A stretch of 64,000 nucleotides of DNA from a bacterium (GTDB lineage Bacteria > Acidobacteriota > Blastocatellia > HR10), in contig JBEPZV010000001.1 in the NCBI GenBank assembly GCA_041640655.1, positions 32,001-96,000 on the forward strand, written 5' to 3'. The translations under genes were made by a program, and so were the position numbers. Positions within the stretch are counted from its first letter, which is position 1. Every line of letters begins with the position of its first letter. Below are positions 48,676 to 59,500 of the stretch, piece by piece. Below the pieces are notes generated by a model. It worked only from the letters and a program-made list of their open reading frames with translations. It did no database searches and was not told the origin of the DNA.

Positions 48676-51378
48676 TCATCCGACGGAGAGCGCCTCGGCG
48701 AGCGCGCGCTCGACCTCGGCGATGAACGCCGGTGCGAGCTTTCGCCCCTCGGCATCGGTGATGTAAAAGACATCGAGCGCCAGACTCTTCTCCGTCGTCA
48801 CCTTCGCCAGGACGATCGTGAGGCCAAGAGCTTGAAGCGTGCTCGCGATCCAATACGCGAGCCCGGGCTCATCTTCGGCCACGACCTCGAGGACCGTGCT
48901 CGTGAGGGAGGCGGCATTGTCGCACCGGATGAGCGGAGCTTGGCGATCGCGCGCCCGATGTCGAAGACTTCGCCTCCGCCACCTGGCGACGGCGCGAGCG
49001 ACATCGTAACGGCCCTCCACGGCAGCCCTCACGTCCGCTTCGATCGCCGCCCACCGCTCGGGGGAGACGGGACACGCCGACCCGATCTCGCAGACCCGAA
49101 ACGTGTCAATGATGATCCCATCCGCGCGCGTATAGGCCTCGGCGCTGAGGATATTGAGGCCGTGCGCCCAGAGCGTCCCCGCAATGCGCGCGAACAATCC
49201 CGGCTGATCGAAGGTGCTGAGGGTCAGCTCCGTGCAGTCCCCCTCGCGAACGGTGCGCCAGTGGAGGACGACGAACTCCTCGGGCACGCGACGAACCAGA
49301 CGCAGGTGCTCGGCGATCTGCTCCGGCAGCGTCGCACGCCCATAGCGCGGGGGCAGCTCGACCAGATGGCGCTCGATCTCCGACCGGGAGAATTCCCCAT
49401 CCAGCGCGCGCGCGACCTCCTCAATCGGCAGCCGCTCCCCCTCCCCCTGACGCGTGAGCCAGCGGCGCGCCCGCTCGTACAGCTCCCACAGCAGAAGGCC
49501 CTTCCATTGGGTCCACACGCCCGGCCCCACGCCCGCTGTATCCGCATAGGTGAGCAGCAGCAACATATTGAGGCGCTCAAGCCGATCGCCCTCACCGAGA
49601 GCGGCCACAAGTTCCGCGATCACCCCCTCTTCGGTCACATCGCGCCGCCAGGCCAGATGCGACATGAGCAGATGGCGCGCGACGAGGAAAAGGACCGCCT
49701 GCTGCCGCTGCGGCCCCAGCCCCAGGCGCCTCAGAGCTCGACGGGCCAAGCGCACGCTGCGCGGCACATGGCCGTGACCTCGCCCCTTCCCGAGATCGTG
49801 AAACAGCAGACCGAGATAAAGGGGGACGACATCGGTGATCTCGCTGAAGACCTGACGGAGGCGCGCCTGTTGCGCATCGTCGGGGTTCTGCCAAATCCGA
49901 TCCAACGCCTCAAGAGCCTGGAACGTATGCTCATCCACCGTATAGGCGTGATCCGGATCGTGCTGCACCAGAAAGGTGAGACGTCCGAACTCCGGAAGGA
50001 AACGCCCCAAAACCCCGGTCTCATGCATCAGGCGGAGCATGCGGGCGACCTCGCCGCGATGGCCGACGATCTGCAGGAAGAGATGGCGCGCTTCCGGCCT
50101 CTGGCGCAGGATCCGACCGAGCGCCGGAGCGTGTTCCCGAATCGTCCGCCGCAGCTCCTCGCTCAGCGTGACGCGCTCGGTTTGAGCCACCCGAAAGGCC
50201 TCCACAAGCAGAAGCAGATCCCAGGCGGGCGACACATCGAGCCGCCCTCTCTCCTCTCTGAGAAAGAGCTTCCCGTCCGCGATCTCAAAAGCCCCAAGGC
50301 GCCGACGCTCTCGAAATGCCCACAAGCGCCTGCGCGTGGTGGCCCCCCAGGCGCGCGCCAGAAAGCTGCGGGCGATCTCGTGCAGGCCGTGCGCCTGATG
50401 ATAATACTCCCGCATGAAGACCTCAGAAGCATGCAATCCGCGCCGGGGCATATACCCGAGATGAGCGGCCAGCATCGGTTGGAGATCCACGGTCAACTGA
50501 TCCGTCTTCCGCCCCGTCAGGAAGTGCAACCCGTTCCGCACGCGAAGCAGGAAATCGTGAGCGGAACGGAGCACGGCGTACTCGGCGCTGCTCACATGGC
50601 CCTCCGCACAGAGGGCCTCCACGCCCGCACTCCCATACTGGGCGTGCCCCACCCATCGAATCGTGTGGAGATCGCGAAGTCCTCCGGCACCTTCCTTCAC
50701 ATGAGGCTCTTGCACACCGATGATCCCCCCCATCCGAGCATATCGTCGTTCCCACTCACGGCGCAGGGCCTCGAGAAACAGCAGCCTCTGCCGCCGATCC
50801 TCATAAAGGGCGGCCTGGAGAGACTCGCGGAGTTGGCGGACAATCGCCGGACTGCCCCACAAGTACCGGGTCTCCTGAAGCGCCGTAGCGACGCGCGGGT
50901 CCTCGCGCGCCACGCGAACGGATTCGCCAATGGAACGAACACTGTGCCCGATCACAAGACCACCATCCCAGAGGAGCCGTAAGACCTGCTCGATGAACGC
51001 GCGAAGCTCTTCCGGAGCCCGATCCCCGTGGACGAAGGCCAGATCCACATCCGAGAAAGGAGCCAATTCGCACCGTCCGTATCCTCCCACGGCCACGAGA
51101 GCACAGGCTCGAGCGACCTCCGCCCGAGCGTCCACGCGCGCGCTCACCCACTCCGCCACCTGACAGACGATCAGATCCACAATAGCGCTCCACCGATGAA
51201 CGACCTCGCTTCCGCGAGCACAACGACGGTGATGCCGCAGAAGCCGCTCCCTCTCAATGACGATGAAAGCCCGGATGCCACGAAGCAGCTCCTCCTGATC
51301 GAGGTTCGACCCTCCGACTCCGAGCCGCTCCCCCGCATGAGCCACCGTCTTCTCCCACGCTCTCAACATCAGCCTCAC
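48676..51378 (-). CDS. glnD: [Protein-PII] uridylyltransferase
   Basis: AVGGYGRxELAPFSDVD, EPHVKEGAGGLRD, HAYTVDEH, HDLGKG, two ACT domains. Confidence 0.95.
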   Translation of the reverse strand: MRLMLRAWEKTVAHAGERLGVGGSNLDQEELLRGIRAFIVIERERLLRHHRRCARGSEVVHRWSAIVDLIVCQVAEWVSARVDARAEVARACALVAVGGYGRCELAPFSDVDLAFVHGDRAPEELRAFIEQVLRLLWDGGLVIGHSVRSIGESVRVAREDPRVATALQETRYLWGSPAIVRQLRESLQAALYEDRRQRLLFLEALRREWERRYARMGGIIGVQEPHVKEGAGGLRDLHTIRWVGHAQYGSAGVEALCAEGHVSSAEYAVLRSAHDFLLRVRNGLHFLTGRKTDQLTVDLQPMLAAHLGYMPRRGLHASEVFMREYYHQAHGLHEIARSFLARAWGATTRRRLWAFRERRRLGAFEIADGKLFLREERGRLDVSPAWDLLLLVEAFRVAQTERVTLSEELRRTIREHAPALGRILRQRPEARHLFLQIVGHRGEVARMLRLMHETGVLGRFLPEFGRLTFLVQHDPDHAYTVDEHTFQALEALDRIWQNPDDAQQARLRQVFSEITDVVPLYLGLLFHDLGKGRGHGHVPRSVRLARRALRRLGLGPQRQQAVLFLVARHLLMSHLAWRRDVTEEGVIAELVAALGEGDRLERLNMLLLLTYADTAGVGPGVWTQWKGLLLWELYERARRWLTRQGEGERLPIEEVARALDGEFSRSEIERHLVELPPRYGRATLPEQIAEHLRLVRRVPEEFVVLHWRTVREGDCTELTLSTFDQPGLFARIAGTLWAHGLNILSAEAYTRADGIIIDTFRVCEIGSACPVSPERWAAIEADVRAAVEGRYDVARAVARWRRRSLRHRARDRQAPLIRCDNAASLTSTVLEVVAEDEPGLAYWIASTLQALGLTIVLAKVTTEKSLALDVFYITDAEGRKLAPAFIAEVERALAEALSVG

Positions 51379-51408
51379 CTCGCCCTCACGAGGTCGGTAC
51401 TAAGGAGA

Positions 51409-51424
51409 TGCAAGCGGCATGCCG
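51409..51424 (-). promoter_or_regulatory. Sigma54 (-24/-12) promoter for glnD-glnK-amtB
   Basis: Minus strand CGGCATGCCGCTTGCA = GG-N10-GC, about 30 nt before the glnD start. Confidence 0.65.
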
Positions 51425-51960
51425 AGGCCAAAAAGGTGCCGGCGCAAAGCGCACATCTCTTTTCTGGGCCGAGACTTACGTTTTGATGGGGCTCAAAAGG
51501 GGCGTGGTTCAATATGCGACATCTTCGTATCGCTAGACAGAAGATTTCACAATAAAGTCACACGATTCGGGCCTAGTCTTTACAATTTCCGGTCACATAT
51601 GACGTAGCATCTTCATTGAATTTCGACAATATCGTAACGATTTTCACAAAATTCGCCAATTCTGGTGCCAAGAGGAAGAAACAAAAGTGCGGGGAGCATC
51701 AGGACAGCACCCGGCAGCCCGGGTGCCGGGGAAGCTCACGTGCCATTGTCGAAGGTGAGAGAATGGAGCGACCGGGCAGCCGCCCCTTCGTCTCGCGGAG
51801 CAATGGAGGGTCTCAGGTAAGGAGTAACCCTCGACAACGCCTCAACGGCCAGTTCATGAAGACGTCAGCTCGAAGGCATGCGCTCTGATTAACAGGGTGC
51901 GGCTGAAGCGCTCGAGAACGGCGTCTTGTTTGGGCGAGCAAGGGTGGAGGGCGAAGTGCC

Positions 51961-52398
51961 CTAGGCCTTCGCCGCCCGTGAGCCTGGCCCCTGGCCGACC
52001 TCCAATGTGACAGCGAGGGTCGCCGTGAAGCCAGCACTGATCACAATGCCTTTCTGGACATAGGTCTTGAAGCCGGGCGCTGTGACGATCATCTCATAGG
52101 TGCCGATCGGGAGTTGGTCGATCAGGAAAGAACCATCCGCTTGTGCCGTGACAGTGCGCGTGGCCATCAGTGCCGGCCCCTGCACGGTGATGGTGGCCTG
52201 AGGGACTGCCGCGCCGGAGGTATCGGTGACCAGGCCGGTGATCTTCCCCGTGATGGCCACCTGCCCGGCGACGATGATCGGAGAGGAGATGAGCCAGAGG
52301 GATAGAGGGATCCATCGTCGGGCCCTCCCCCCGCCTTCGGATTCGGCCTGGCAAATGCGCTCGCATGATGTGTCGCACACCCTGTTAACGTGCATCAT
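51961..52398 (-). pseudogene. Truncated TonB-dependent receptor (N-terminal carboxypeptidase-regulatory domain only)
   Basis: GKITGLVTDTSGAAVP...APGFK...LEVG, then stop. Confidence 0.7.
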
Positions 52399-53389
52399 CG
52401 CACCATCCTCCTTTTTCGACTTCGTTCTGTGTACCCATCATGGGCCCTAACGTTTCGATCGTCTCCATGACATTCCCGATCGGAGCCACGATGGGAAGCC
52501 GGACGCCCGCCGCGCGGTAAGCATGAAGGCGTTGTTGGCACTGCTCCGGTGTTCCAGCCACGACCAGATGATCGAGGATCTCATCGGAGACGGCGAGAGC
52601 GCCATTCGAACGCATGCGCTCGAGCGTCTCACTAGGGAGTTCGGTTTCCCGTGCGATGTGAGGGAAGTTCGAGAGGTAAGCTGCCACCATGGGGCGGATT
52701 CGATCCCGAGCGCGGCGGCCGTCGGTATCACATGAGGTCACAAGCATCATAGCGATCTCAAGGGCTCCGAGAGAGGGTGGACGGCGGGCAGCTCCGAGAG
52801 CCAATCGGTCGAGGGCGCGGCGGACGTACCCGGTTGGGAGAAAGCCGTTCAGCAAAACGCCATCGGCGATTTCTCCGGCCAGCTCCAAGGCGCGCGGCCC
52901 GGTCACTCCGAGGTAGATGGGCAGCGCGCGCGAGGGGATGACTTCTAGACGAGCGTCTCTCAGCGAGATCGAGCGCCCTTCGAAGGTCACGCGTTCGCCG
53001 GCCAGCAGCGCTCGAAGGACAAAGACGCACTCGCGAAGTCGCGTGAGGGGTCTCACAAACTCCACACCCTGTTGGGCGAGAACTCCGGGTGAGCCTGTCC
53101 CCAAGCCAATGATCGTCCGGCCGGGCGCGAGCTCCTCGAGCGTGGCGAAGCTGATGGCAATGAGCGTGGGATTTCGCGTATAGACGTTGATGATCCCTGT
53201 GCCCAGGCGCGACCGTATCGTCGCGGTCGCCATAGCGGCCAGGGGGATGAGCCCATCGCGGGTGAGGCGCGTCTCGGCCACCCAGATCGAATCGAATCCT
53301 CGCTGCTCGGCCCGCTGAGCGCAGCGAATCATCTCCAGCACTGAAGGCCCCCCCAGGAAGGCAAGCCCAATGCGGACGTCGGTCATCAC
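52385..53389 (-). CDS. LLM-class flavin/F420-dependent oxidoreductase (Mer-like)
   Basis: GFDSIWVAE, LGTGIINVYTRNP, GLGTGS, LAGEIADG. Confidence 0.88.
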   Translation of the reverse strand: MMTDVRIGLAFLGGPSVLEMIRCAQRAEQRGFDSIWVAETRLTRDGLIPLAAMATATIRSRLGTGIINVYTRNPTLIAISFATLEELAPGRTIIGLGTGSPGVLAQQGVEFVRPLTRLRECVFVLRALLAGERVTFEGRSISLRDARLEVIPSRALPIYLGVTGPRALELAGEIADGVLLNGFLPTGYVRRALDRLALGAARRPPSLGALEIAMMLVTSCDTDGRRARDRIRPMVAAYLSNFPHIARETELPSETLERMRSNGALAVSDEILDHLVVAGTPEQCQQRLHAYRAAGVRLPIVAPIGNVMETIETLGPMMGTQNEVEKGGWCDDAR

Positions 53390-54840
53390 GTCCTCTCCTC
53401 ACTCAATTTTCGTTGAAGGAATCGGCCGCGCCCCGGCTCCCCCCGAAAGACTCCTCGATCGATCACGACATCGCCGCGAGCGATCACCGAGACGACCCTC
53501 CCGCGAAGGACTCGACCGGTATAGGGCGACCAATCGGCGCGCATGTGAAGGTGCTCCGGAGCAACGGTCCATTGAGCATCCGGATCGAAGATGACGAGGT
53601 CCGCATCCGCGCCGGGTAGGAGCGATCCCTTCTGCGGATACAGGCCCCAAATTTTGGCGAGAGAGGTGCTCAGGAGATCAACGAGCTGAGGGAGAGAGAG
53701 ACGGCCCGTCAGTACCCCCTCCGTATAGAGCATGGGAAGTCGCAGCTCGACCCCCGGCATTCCATGAGGAATATGGAGGTAAGAGCCCTGACCGAGTTGC
53801 TTCTGCGCCAGGCTCCAGGCCGTATGATCCGAAGTCACTGCCGAGATGACGCCCTCTTGAAGACCGCGCCAGAGGGCTTCGACGTCGGCCGCGGTTCGCA
53901 ATGGCGGACTGCACACGTAGTTCACCCCATCGGGCCGCCGGTACACCTCCTCGGTCAGGACGAGGTAATGGGTGCAGGTCTCAGTGAAGACAGGAAGTCC
54001 GGCGCGGCGCGCCTGTCGAAATTCTTCGACCCCCTCAGCGATGGTCAGATGAAAACCGTAGTACCGAACTCCCGCGAGCCGGGCCAGGAACAAGGCCCGA
54101 CGAATGGCTTCGTGTTCCGCGTAGCGAGGTCGCGTTTCCGGGTAATAGGCAGCGACGATTTTACCGCTCCGCGTGTATTCTTCGGTCAGGTGCTCCACGA
54201 TGTCGTTGTTCTCCGTATGCACGGCGATGATTCCATTATGCCGGGCGACACGGTGCATGATCGCCAACAGCGCGCCATCGTTGATCCGGAGCCCCTCTTG
54301 ATCGAAGGCCATGAATACCTTGATCGAGGGCAGGCCTGCGGCGATGACCTCCCCGATTTGCTCGAGAACGGGAGGAGTCGGATCGGTCACGACCACATGG
54401 AGCGCATAATCGAGGACCGTGTGGGGATCGGCCTCCGCCCGACGCTCCGCGATGACCGAGAGCAGGTCTCGTCCTTTCGGCTGAAACGCGAAGTCAATAT
54501 AGGTGGTCACGCCTCCGAAGGCAGCCGCTCTTGATCCCGCATAAAAGTCCTCCTGCGTCACCGCCCCGCGAAATGGGGTTCGGAAGTGGACGTGAGAGTC
54601 GATGAGGCCGGGCAGTATGAGCATCCCTTCGGCGTCGAGGACGGTACGCGCCGGGGGCACCACCGGAGGGGCTCCAAGAGCGACGATCTTCCCATCGTGG
54701 ACGAGGATATCCGCCCGGACGGTTCCATCGGGGAGGACGACGCGCCCTCCACGCACCACCATATCGATGGAAGGCTGCCAGGGCGTCGTGACCCCGAGGA
54801 TCGCCCCGGATGTCGCGGTCATGAACTCGCGCCGGTTCAT
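53386..54840 (-). CDS. hydA: Dihydropyrimidinase / D-hydantoinase
   Basis: PGLIDSHVH, GGVTTYIDF, SIKVFM, VHTEN, TETCTHYL, SPPLR, SDH. Confidence 0.9.
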   Translation of the reverse strand: MNRREFMTATSGAILGVTTPWQPSIDMVVRGGRVVLPDGTVRADILVHDGKIVALGAPPVVPPARTVLDAEGMLILPGLIDSHVHFRTPFRGAVTQEDFYAGSRAAAFGGVTTYIDFAFQPKGRDLLSVIAERRAEADPHTVLDYALHVVVTDPTPPVLEQIGEVIAAGLPSIKVFMAFDQEGLRINDGALLAIMHRVARHNGIIAVHTENNDIVEHLTEEYTRSGKIVAAYYPETRPRYAEHEAIRRALFLARLAGVRYYGFHLTIAEGVEEFRQARRAGLPVFTETCTHYLVLTEEVYRRPDGVNYVCSPPLRTAADVEALWRGLQEGVISAVTSDHTAWSLAQKQLGQGSYLHIPHGMPGVELRLPMLYTEGVLTGRLSLPQLVDLLSTSLAKIWGLYPQKGSLLPGADADLVIFDPDAQWTVAPEHLHMRADWSPYTGRVLRGRVVSVIARGDVVIDRGVFRGEPGRGRFLQRKLSEERT

Positions 54841-56630
54841 CGCCGAGTGCGCAATTCGGCGCGCAGTCGCTCGGTAGCGACGAGATCCAGAGTGAGATCT
54901 TCCGTGATGACCACCCCATATTGGGTGTGCGCGGCCTCTCGAGTGATCAGCTCGTCCAGGACGTCATCGAGCACTTTCTGGGGATCGCGCTCTAGAGGAT
55001 CTCCATAGCCACCACCGACGGCGCTCACCGTGCGAAAGACATCCCCCTTTTTCGCCCGAATGTTGCTGATTTTAGATGGCAAGGCTTTCTCATGAGGAGT
55101 GTCCGGATTCAAAATCAATGCCCCCGGGACGCCCGGATGTCCTCCGAAGATCCCCCAGGGAGCGAACTTATGCCCATCCCCCTCCACGGACGCCTGCCCA
55201 TCGGTGGTGAACATCACGTCACGGATTGACCCGAAGCCCCCACGCCATTTCCCCGCGCCATGGGCATTCTCGCGCAATTCGTAGCGCAAGACGCGCAAGG
55301 GATAATGCGACTCGATATCCTCAATCGGATTGTTTCGGGTATTCGCATAGAGCGTATCGACGCAGTCGAGGCCGTCTTTCCCGTATCGGCCTCCGTATGC
55401 CCCTTCCGTGATATCCATGTAGACCCAATATTTTTCACCCACTAATCCGCTATACGCGATGACCTTGAGGTTCCCCACTCCAGCGCTCACGCGTTCGGGG
55501 ACGACTTGAGCGAGCGCATGCATGATCGTATCGGCGACAATATTCCCCGGGCAGAAGCGGGCGATCGTCGGCGCCGGGAATATAGGGTTGCAGATCGAGC
55601 CTGGAGGGGCGTAGACGTGAATGGGGCGCGTGAACCCGGAGTTTTGAGGAACGTACTCATGGTCCTCCGTATCCAGCAAGATGGAACGGAGGATGAGGTA
55701 GACAGCCACGCAGACGGTTCCCTCAAAGGGCATATTGATGGGACGATCATCAACCTGAGGGGATGATCCCGTGAAGTCGACATAGAGGTCGCTCCCCTTG
55801 ATGGTCAGCGTGACGGCGATCTTCAGATCCTTCTTCGTCGGATCCGGACTGTCCAAGTACCCGTCGAAGTATCCCTCGGCGGAGTATGTGCCATCGGGGA
55901 GCTTCTCGATCTCCTGCCGCAACATAGTCTCGGAGTAATTCATCAAGTATTCGCCCGCGGCGCGCACGGTCTCGAGTCCGTACTCTCTCACCAATTCGAC
56001 ATACCGCTCCGCACCGATCCGACACGCGGCGATTTGCGCCTCCATATCGCCGATAACCATATCGGCGGCTCGCACGTTATCGGCCAGAAAGGTCCAAAAC
56101 GCATGATTCTTCACTCCGCGATCGTACACCTTGATGGCCTTGAACTGGAGTCCTTCCGCGTAGGCATCCACGGCATCCACGATGCCACAGCTTCCCGGCA
56201 CGTGAGCGCCGATATCCAGGTGATGAGCCGTCGTCACGGAGAATCCAATGAGCTCGTCCTGGTAGAAGACGGGCACGCAGAAAGCGACATCGGGTCCGTG
56301 CGAAGCACCGTAATAGGGGGAGTTATGGATGATCACATCGCCCGGGTGGAACGTCTCTCCCCTCATCTCGAAGAGCCGTTTGATCCCGCGGACGTATCCG
56401 GAGATCGGTCCCAGTTGAAGTGGGGTGCTGAAGACCGATTCGCAGAGCTGTTGGCCGTCGGCATCGATGAGCGCGGCGCCGAAGTCTTCCGACTCGCGGA
56501 TGATACTCGAATAGGACATGCGCGTGAGTTTATGGCCCATTTCGATCGCGATGTTCTCCAGAGCGCCCCAGATGACCTGGGCGGTGATGGGATCGATTCG
56601 GGAGGCGACTTGTCCGAGGTGACGATTCAT
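54837..56630 (-). CDS. Hydantoinase B/oxoprolinase family subunit
   Basis: SSIIRESEDF, HNSPYYGASHGPD, AHHLDIG, GGGYGDP. Confidence 0.92.
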   Translation of the reverse strand: MNRHLGQVASRIDPITAQVIWGALENIAIEMGHKLTRMSYSSIIRESEDFGAALIDADGQQLCESVFSTPLQLGPISGYVRGIKRLFEMRGETFHPGDVIIHNSPYYGASHGPDVAFCVPVFYQDELIGFSVTTAHHLDIGAHVPGSCGIVDAVDAYAEGLQFKAIKVYDRGVKNHAFWTFLADNVRAADMVIGDMEAQIAACRIGAERYVELVREYGLETVRAAGEYLMNYSETMLRQEIEKLPDGTYSAEGYFDGYLDSPDPTKKDLKIAVTLTIKGSDLYVDFTGSSPQVDDRPINMPFEGTVCVAVYLILRSILLDTEDHEYVPQNSGFTRPIHVYAPPGSICNPIFPAPTIARFCPGNIVADTIMHALAQVVPERVSAGVGNLKVIAYSGLVGEKYWVYMDITEGAYGGRYGKDGLDCVDTLYANTRNNPIEDIESHYPLRVLRYELRENAHGAGKWRGGFGSIRDVMFTTDGQASVEGDGHKFAPWGIFGGHPGVPGALILNPDTPHEKALPSKISNIRAKKGDVFRTVSAVGGGYGDPLERDPQKVLDDVLDELITREAAHTQYGVVITEDLTLDLVATERLRAELRTRR

Positions 56631-58747
56631 ATGCTCCCTCCTTGAACGACGTTATCCCGCTCCCCTTGGGTCCCCGAGGCGGTGGTGATCAGGAGATTCC
56701 CGAAGGGATCCACTGTCGCCTCAGATCCCGGCGGCAGGACAGTGGTCGAATCTTTTTGAAGGATCACAGCCGGTCCAGGGATCCTGGCGCCTACGGGAAG
56801 CAGAGCACGCTCGAAAAACTCGGTCCGCATCCGATGCAGTTTTCCTCCGACGCGGAAGAAGGTCTCCGCGCTTTTCACCCTCGCTTCCTCCAAGCGGCGA
56901 TGTGCGGCGTCCAGCCGAGGGGGTTTCAGTGAGGGCATGCGTCCGATCCCGGTGACGCGAAGGTGGACCAGTTCGATGGGATTCTCCGGGAAGTGATGCC
57001 CGTATTCGATGTGATGCTGGTGATGGAACGCTCTCCAGAGCTCGCGGATGAGGGCTTCATCCAGGGGTCCGGGCGGCAGAGGGATCTGCAGCTCGTAACC
57101 TTGCCCCAAATACCTCAGGCTGGCGCTGCGCAGCAACTCGATGCGATCCTCGGGGAGGCCGTCGCGCCGCAATTGTTCGCGTGCCTCACATTCGAGTTCC
57201 TCGAGATCTCGGCGCAGCTTCTGCAGGGAAAGCGAGGTCGAGAGCATGAACTCCGTGCGGAGGAAGTCGTATTTGAGGTCCGTCGCGAGCAAGCCCAAAG
57301 CCGACGTGATCCCTGGGTAGAGCGGCACGATCACTTCCGGGACCTTCAAATATCGGGCGACCTCGACGGCCACCATAGGACCGGCTCCACCGAAGGCCAC
57401 GAGGGCGAACCGGCGCGGATCGTGCCCCTTTTGCACGGTGCGGGAGCGAATCGCATTCGCCATGTTGCTGACGAGGATCGTATTGACGCCTTCGGCTGCC
57501 TCGTACACGTCCATTCCGAGCTGAGCGGCCAAGCGTTCGAGAGCGGCGAAAGCCAGATCAGGGTAGATGGGCATCGCGCCGCCGAGGAAATGGTCTTTAT
57601 CGAGGCGCCCGAGCACCACATAAGCATCCGTCACGGTGGGCTCGGTTCCGCCCAAGCCGTAGCATGCCGGTCCGGGCATAGAGCCGGCACTTCGTGGCCC
57701 CACTCGGAAGGCCCCACCGGCATCCACATACGCGATGCTTCCCCCACCGGCGCCGATGCTCTGAACGTCAATCATCGGGATGAGCACAGGATAGCCCGCG
57801 ATCTTGGTATCGCGAGCGGAGGCCTCCAGAATCCCACGCGGCGTGATCAATCCGATATCCGCGCTCGTTCCTCCGACGTCGAGCGTGATCACATGGGAGC
57901 GTCCCGTCAACCGGGCGATCCACTCGCCTCCGAGCACGCCAGCGGCCGGCCCCGACAGGAGCGTGAAGACGGGTTTCTCGGAGACGGTGCGGGTCGTCGC
58001 GACGCCTCCGTTGGAGAGCATGATATGCAGCTCCGTTCGAGCTCCGGCTTCTTTCAGGCGCTGCGACAGATGATCGATATACGTCTTAACCTTGGGTCCG
58101 ATGAAGGCATTGAGGCAAGCGGTGGTGAAGCGCTCGAACTCCCGGAACTGCGGGGAGACTTCGGCTGACGTGGTCACGAACGCCTCCGGGAATTCCTCGC
58201 GGACCAGCTGTTTGACGCGATTCTCATGGGCCGGATTGAGATAGGAGAAGAGAAAGCAGCAGGCGATGGACTCCACGCCCGCGCGCTTCAAGGCCCGAAT
58301 CTGCTCGCGCGCTTCGTCTTCATCGAGGGGGATCAGCACCTCACCCAGCGGAGGGATGATCCGTTCGCTCACGACCTTTCGATAGCGCCGGCGCACCAGA
58401 GGTCGCACCTGCCACGGAATATCCTGCTGAATGGAATAATTCTGCGGTCGTTGGTGCCGACCGATATGGATGATGTCTCGAAACCCCTTGGTCGTGATCA
58501 TTCCGGTGCGCGCACCTTTGTATTCCAGAACGGCATTGGTCGCGACCGTCGTCCCGTGGAAGATATGATCCACGGTCTCAAGCGGAGCGCCCACCTGCGC
58601 GCACAGTTGCTGTATTCCCTCCACCATGCCGGTAGATGGATCCGGCGAGGTGGTCGGGACCTTATGGACGGCAAACGTCTTCTGCTCTGTATTGACGAGA
58701 ATGAGGTCCGTGAAGGTACCACCGATATCGACGCCGATCAGGATCAT
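56627..58747 (-). CDS. Hydantoinase A/oxoprolinase family ATP-dependent subunit
   Basis: DIGGTFTD, HGTTVATNA, SGPAAGV, DVGGTSAD, IGAGGGS, AFGGAG. Confidence 0.93.
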   Translation of the reverse strand: MILIGVDIGGTFTDLILVNTEQKTFAVHKVPTTSPDPSTGMVEGIQQLCAQVGAPLETVDHIFHGTTVATNAVLEYKGARTGMITTKGFRDIIHIGRHQRPQNYSIQQDIPWQVRPLVRRRYRKVVSERIIPPLGEVLIPLDEDEAREQIRALKRAGVESIACCFLFSYLNPAHENRVKQLVREEFPEAFVTTSAEVSPQFREFERFTTACLNAFIGPKVKTYIDHLSQRLKEAGARTELHIMLSNGGVATTRTVSEKPVFTLLSGPAAGVLGGEWIARLTGRSHVITLDVGGTSADIGLITPRGILEASARDTKIAGYPVLIPMIDVQSIGAGGGSIAYVDAGGAFRVGPRSAGSMPGPACYGLGGTEPTVTDAYVVLGRLDKDHFLGGAMPIYPDLAFAALERLAAQLGMDVYEAAEGVNTILVSNMANAIRSRTVQKGHDPRRFALVAFGGAGPMVAVEVARYLKVPEVIVPLYPGITSALGLLATDLKYDFLRTEFMLSTSLSLQKLRRDLEELECEAREQLRRDGLPEDRIELLRSASLRYLGQGYELQIPLPPGPLDEALIRELWRAFHHQHHIEYGHHFPENPIELVHLRVTGIGRMPSLKPPRLDAAHRRLEEARVKSAETFFRVGGKLHRMRTEFFERALLPVGARIPGPAVILQKDSTTVLPPGSEATVDPFGNLLITTASGTQGERDNVVQGGSI

Positions 58748-58768
58748 ATGCTGCTCCTCCGGTGAGGA

Positions 58769-59500
58769 TCAGGGCGTGGGGCCGACAGGTGCACAAACCC
58801 GCTTTTTGGGTCGCGGATAGGAGTATGCCCTTCGACTGTGGCTCAGCCCGAGCGCATGGAGGACCTCCAACATCTTGACGCCAGCCGTGACGGGATCCAC
58901 CACCGGGACGCCCACGCGTTGAGAGACCTCGCGCGCAGCTTCGGACATGCCGGCGCATCCGAGCACAATGGTATCAGCCCGATCCTCCAGGATCGCCCTG
59001 TGCGACTCCGCGGAGAGCGCTTCGACCATGCGCTCGTGGTCCTTCTCGAGATCGAGGACGGGGATATTCACGGACCGTACGGATGCGCACCGCCGCTCTA
59101 ATCCGAGCACGAGGATCTTCTCCTCCAGCAGCGGGATCGCGTCATCCAAGACCGTCACCACAGAGAATCTTCGTCCCAATAGGCACGCCAGATACACGGC
59201 TGATTCGAAGATGCCCACGACAGGAATATTGAGCACGTCTCGGGCGGCTCCCACAGCTGGGTCTCCGGCGCAGAGGACCGTGGCGGCGTCATACCCCTCC
59301 TGCTCCGCCGTCTCCAGAGACTGGATGATGAAGAATTGGCTCAGCTGCTCATCGTATGTATTCTCGATAGACTCGACGCCACCTCGGACGAATTCGAAGG
59401 TGACCTCGGTCTCGGGCGCTTTCACGGCGGCGATGCTCGCCCGAAAGATCCGCTCCAGGGTTTCGACCCCATAGTTCGGAATCACAGCTTTGATCCTCAT
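58769..59500 (-). CDS. Hydantoin racemase (Asp/Glu/hydantoin racemase family)
   Basis: LCAGDP and VLGCAGM catalytic Cys pair. Confidence 0.88.
   Translation of the reverse strand: MRIKAVIPNYGVETLERIFRASIAAVKAPETEVTFEFVRGGVESIENTYDEQLSQFFIIQSLETAEQEGYDAATVLCAGDPAVGAARDVLNIPVVGIFESAVYLACLLGRRFSVVTVLDDAIPLLEEKILVLGLERRCASVRSVNIPVLDLEKDHERMVEALSAESHRAILEDRADTIVLGCAGMSEAAREVSQRVGVPVVDPVTAGVKMLEVLHALGLSHSRRAYSYPRPKKRVCAPVGPTP

Noticed and set aside
51480..51950. Possible riboswitch or ncRNA in the AT-richer intergenic region
   Set aside because: Only a short GCACCCGG/CCGGGTGC hairpin was seen and no family consensus was recognised; an Rfam scan would be needed
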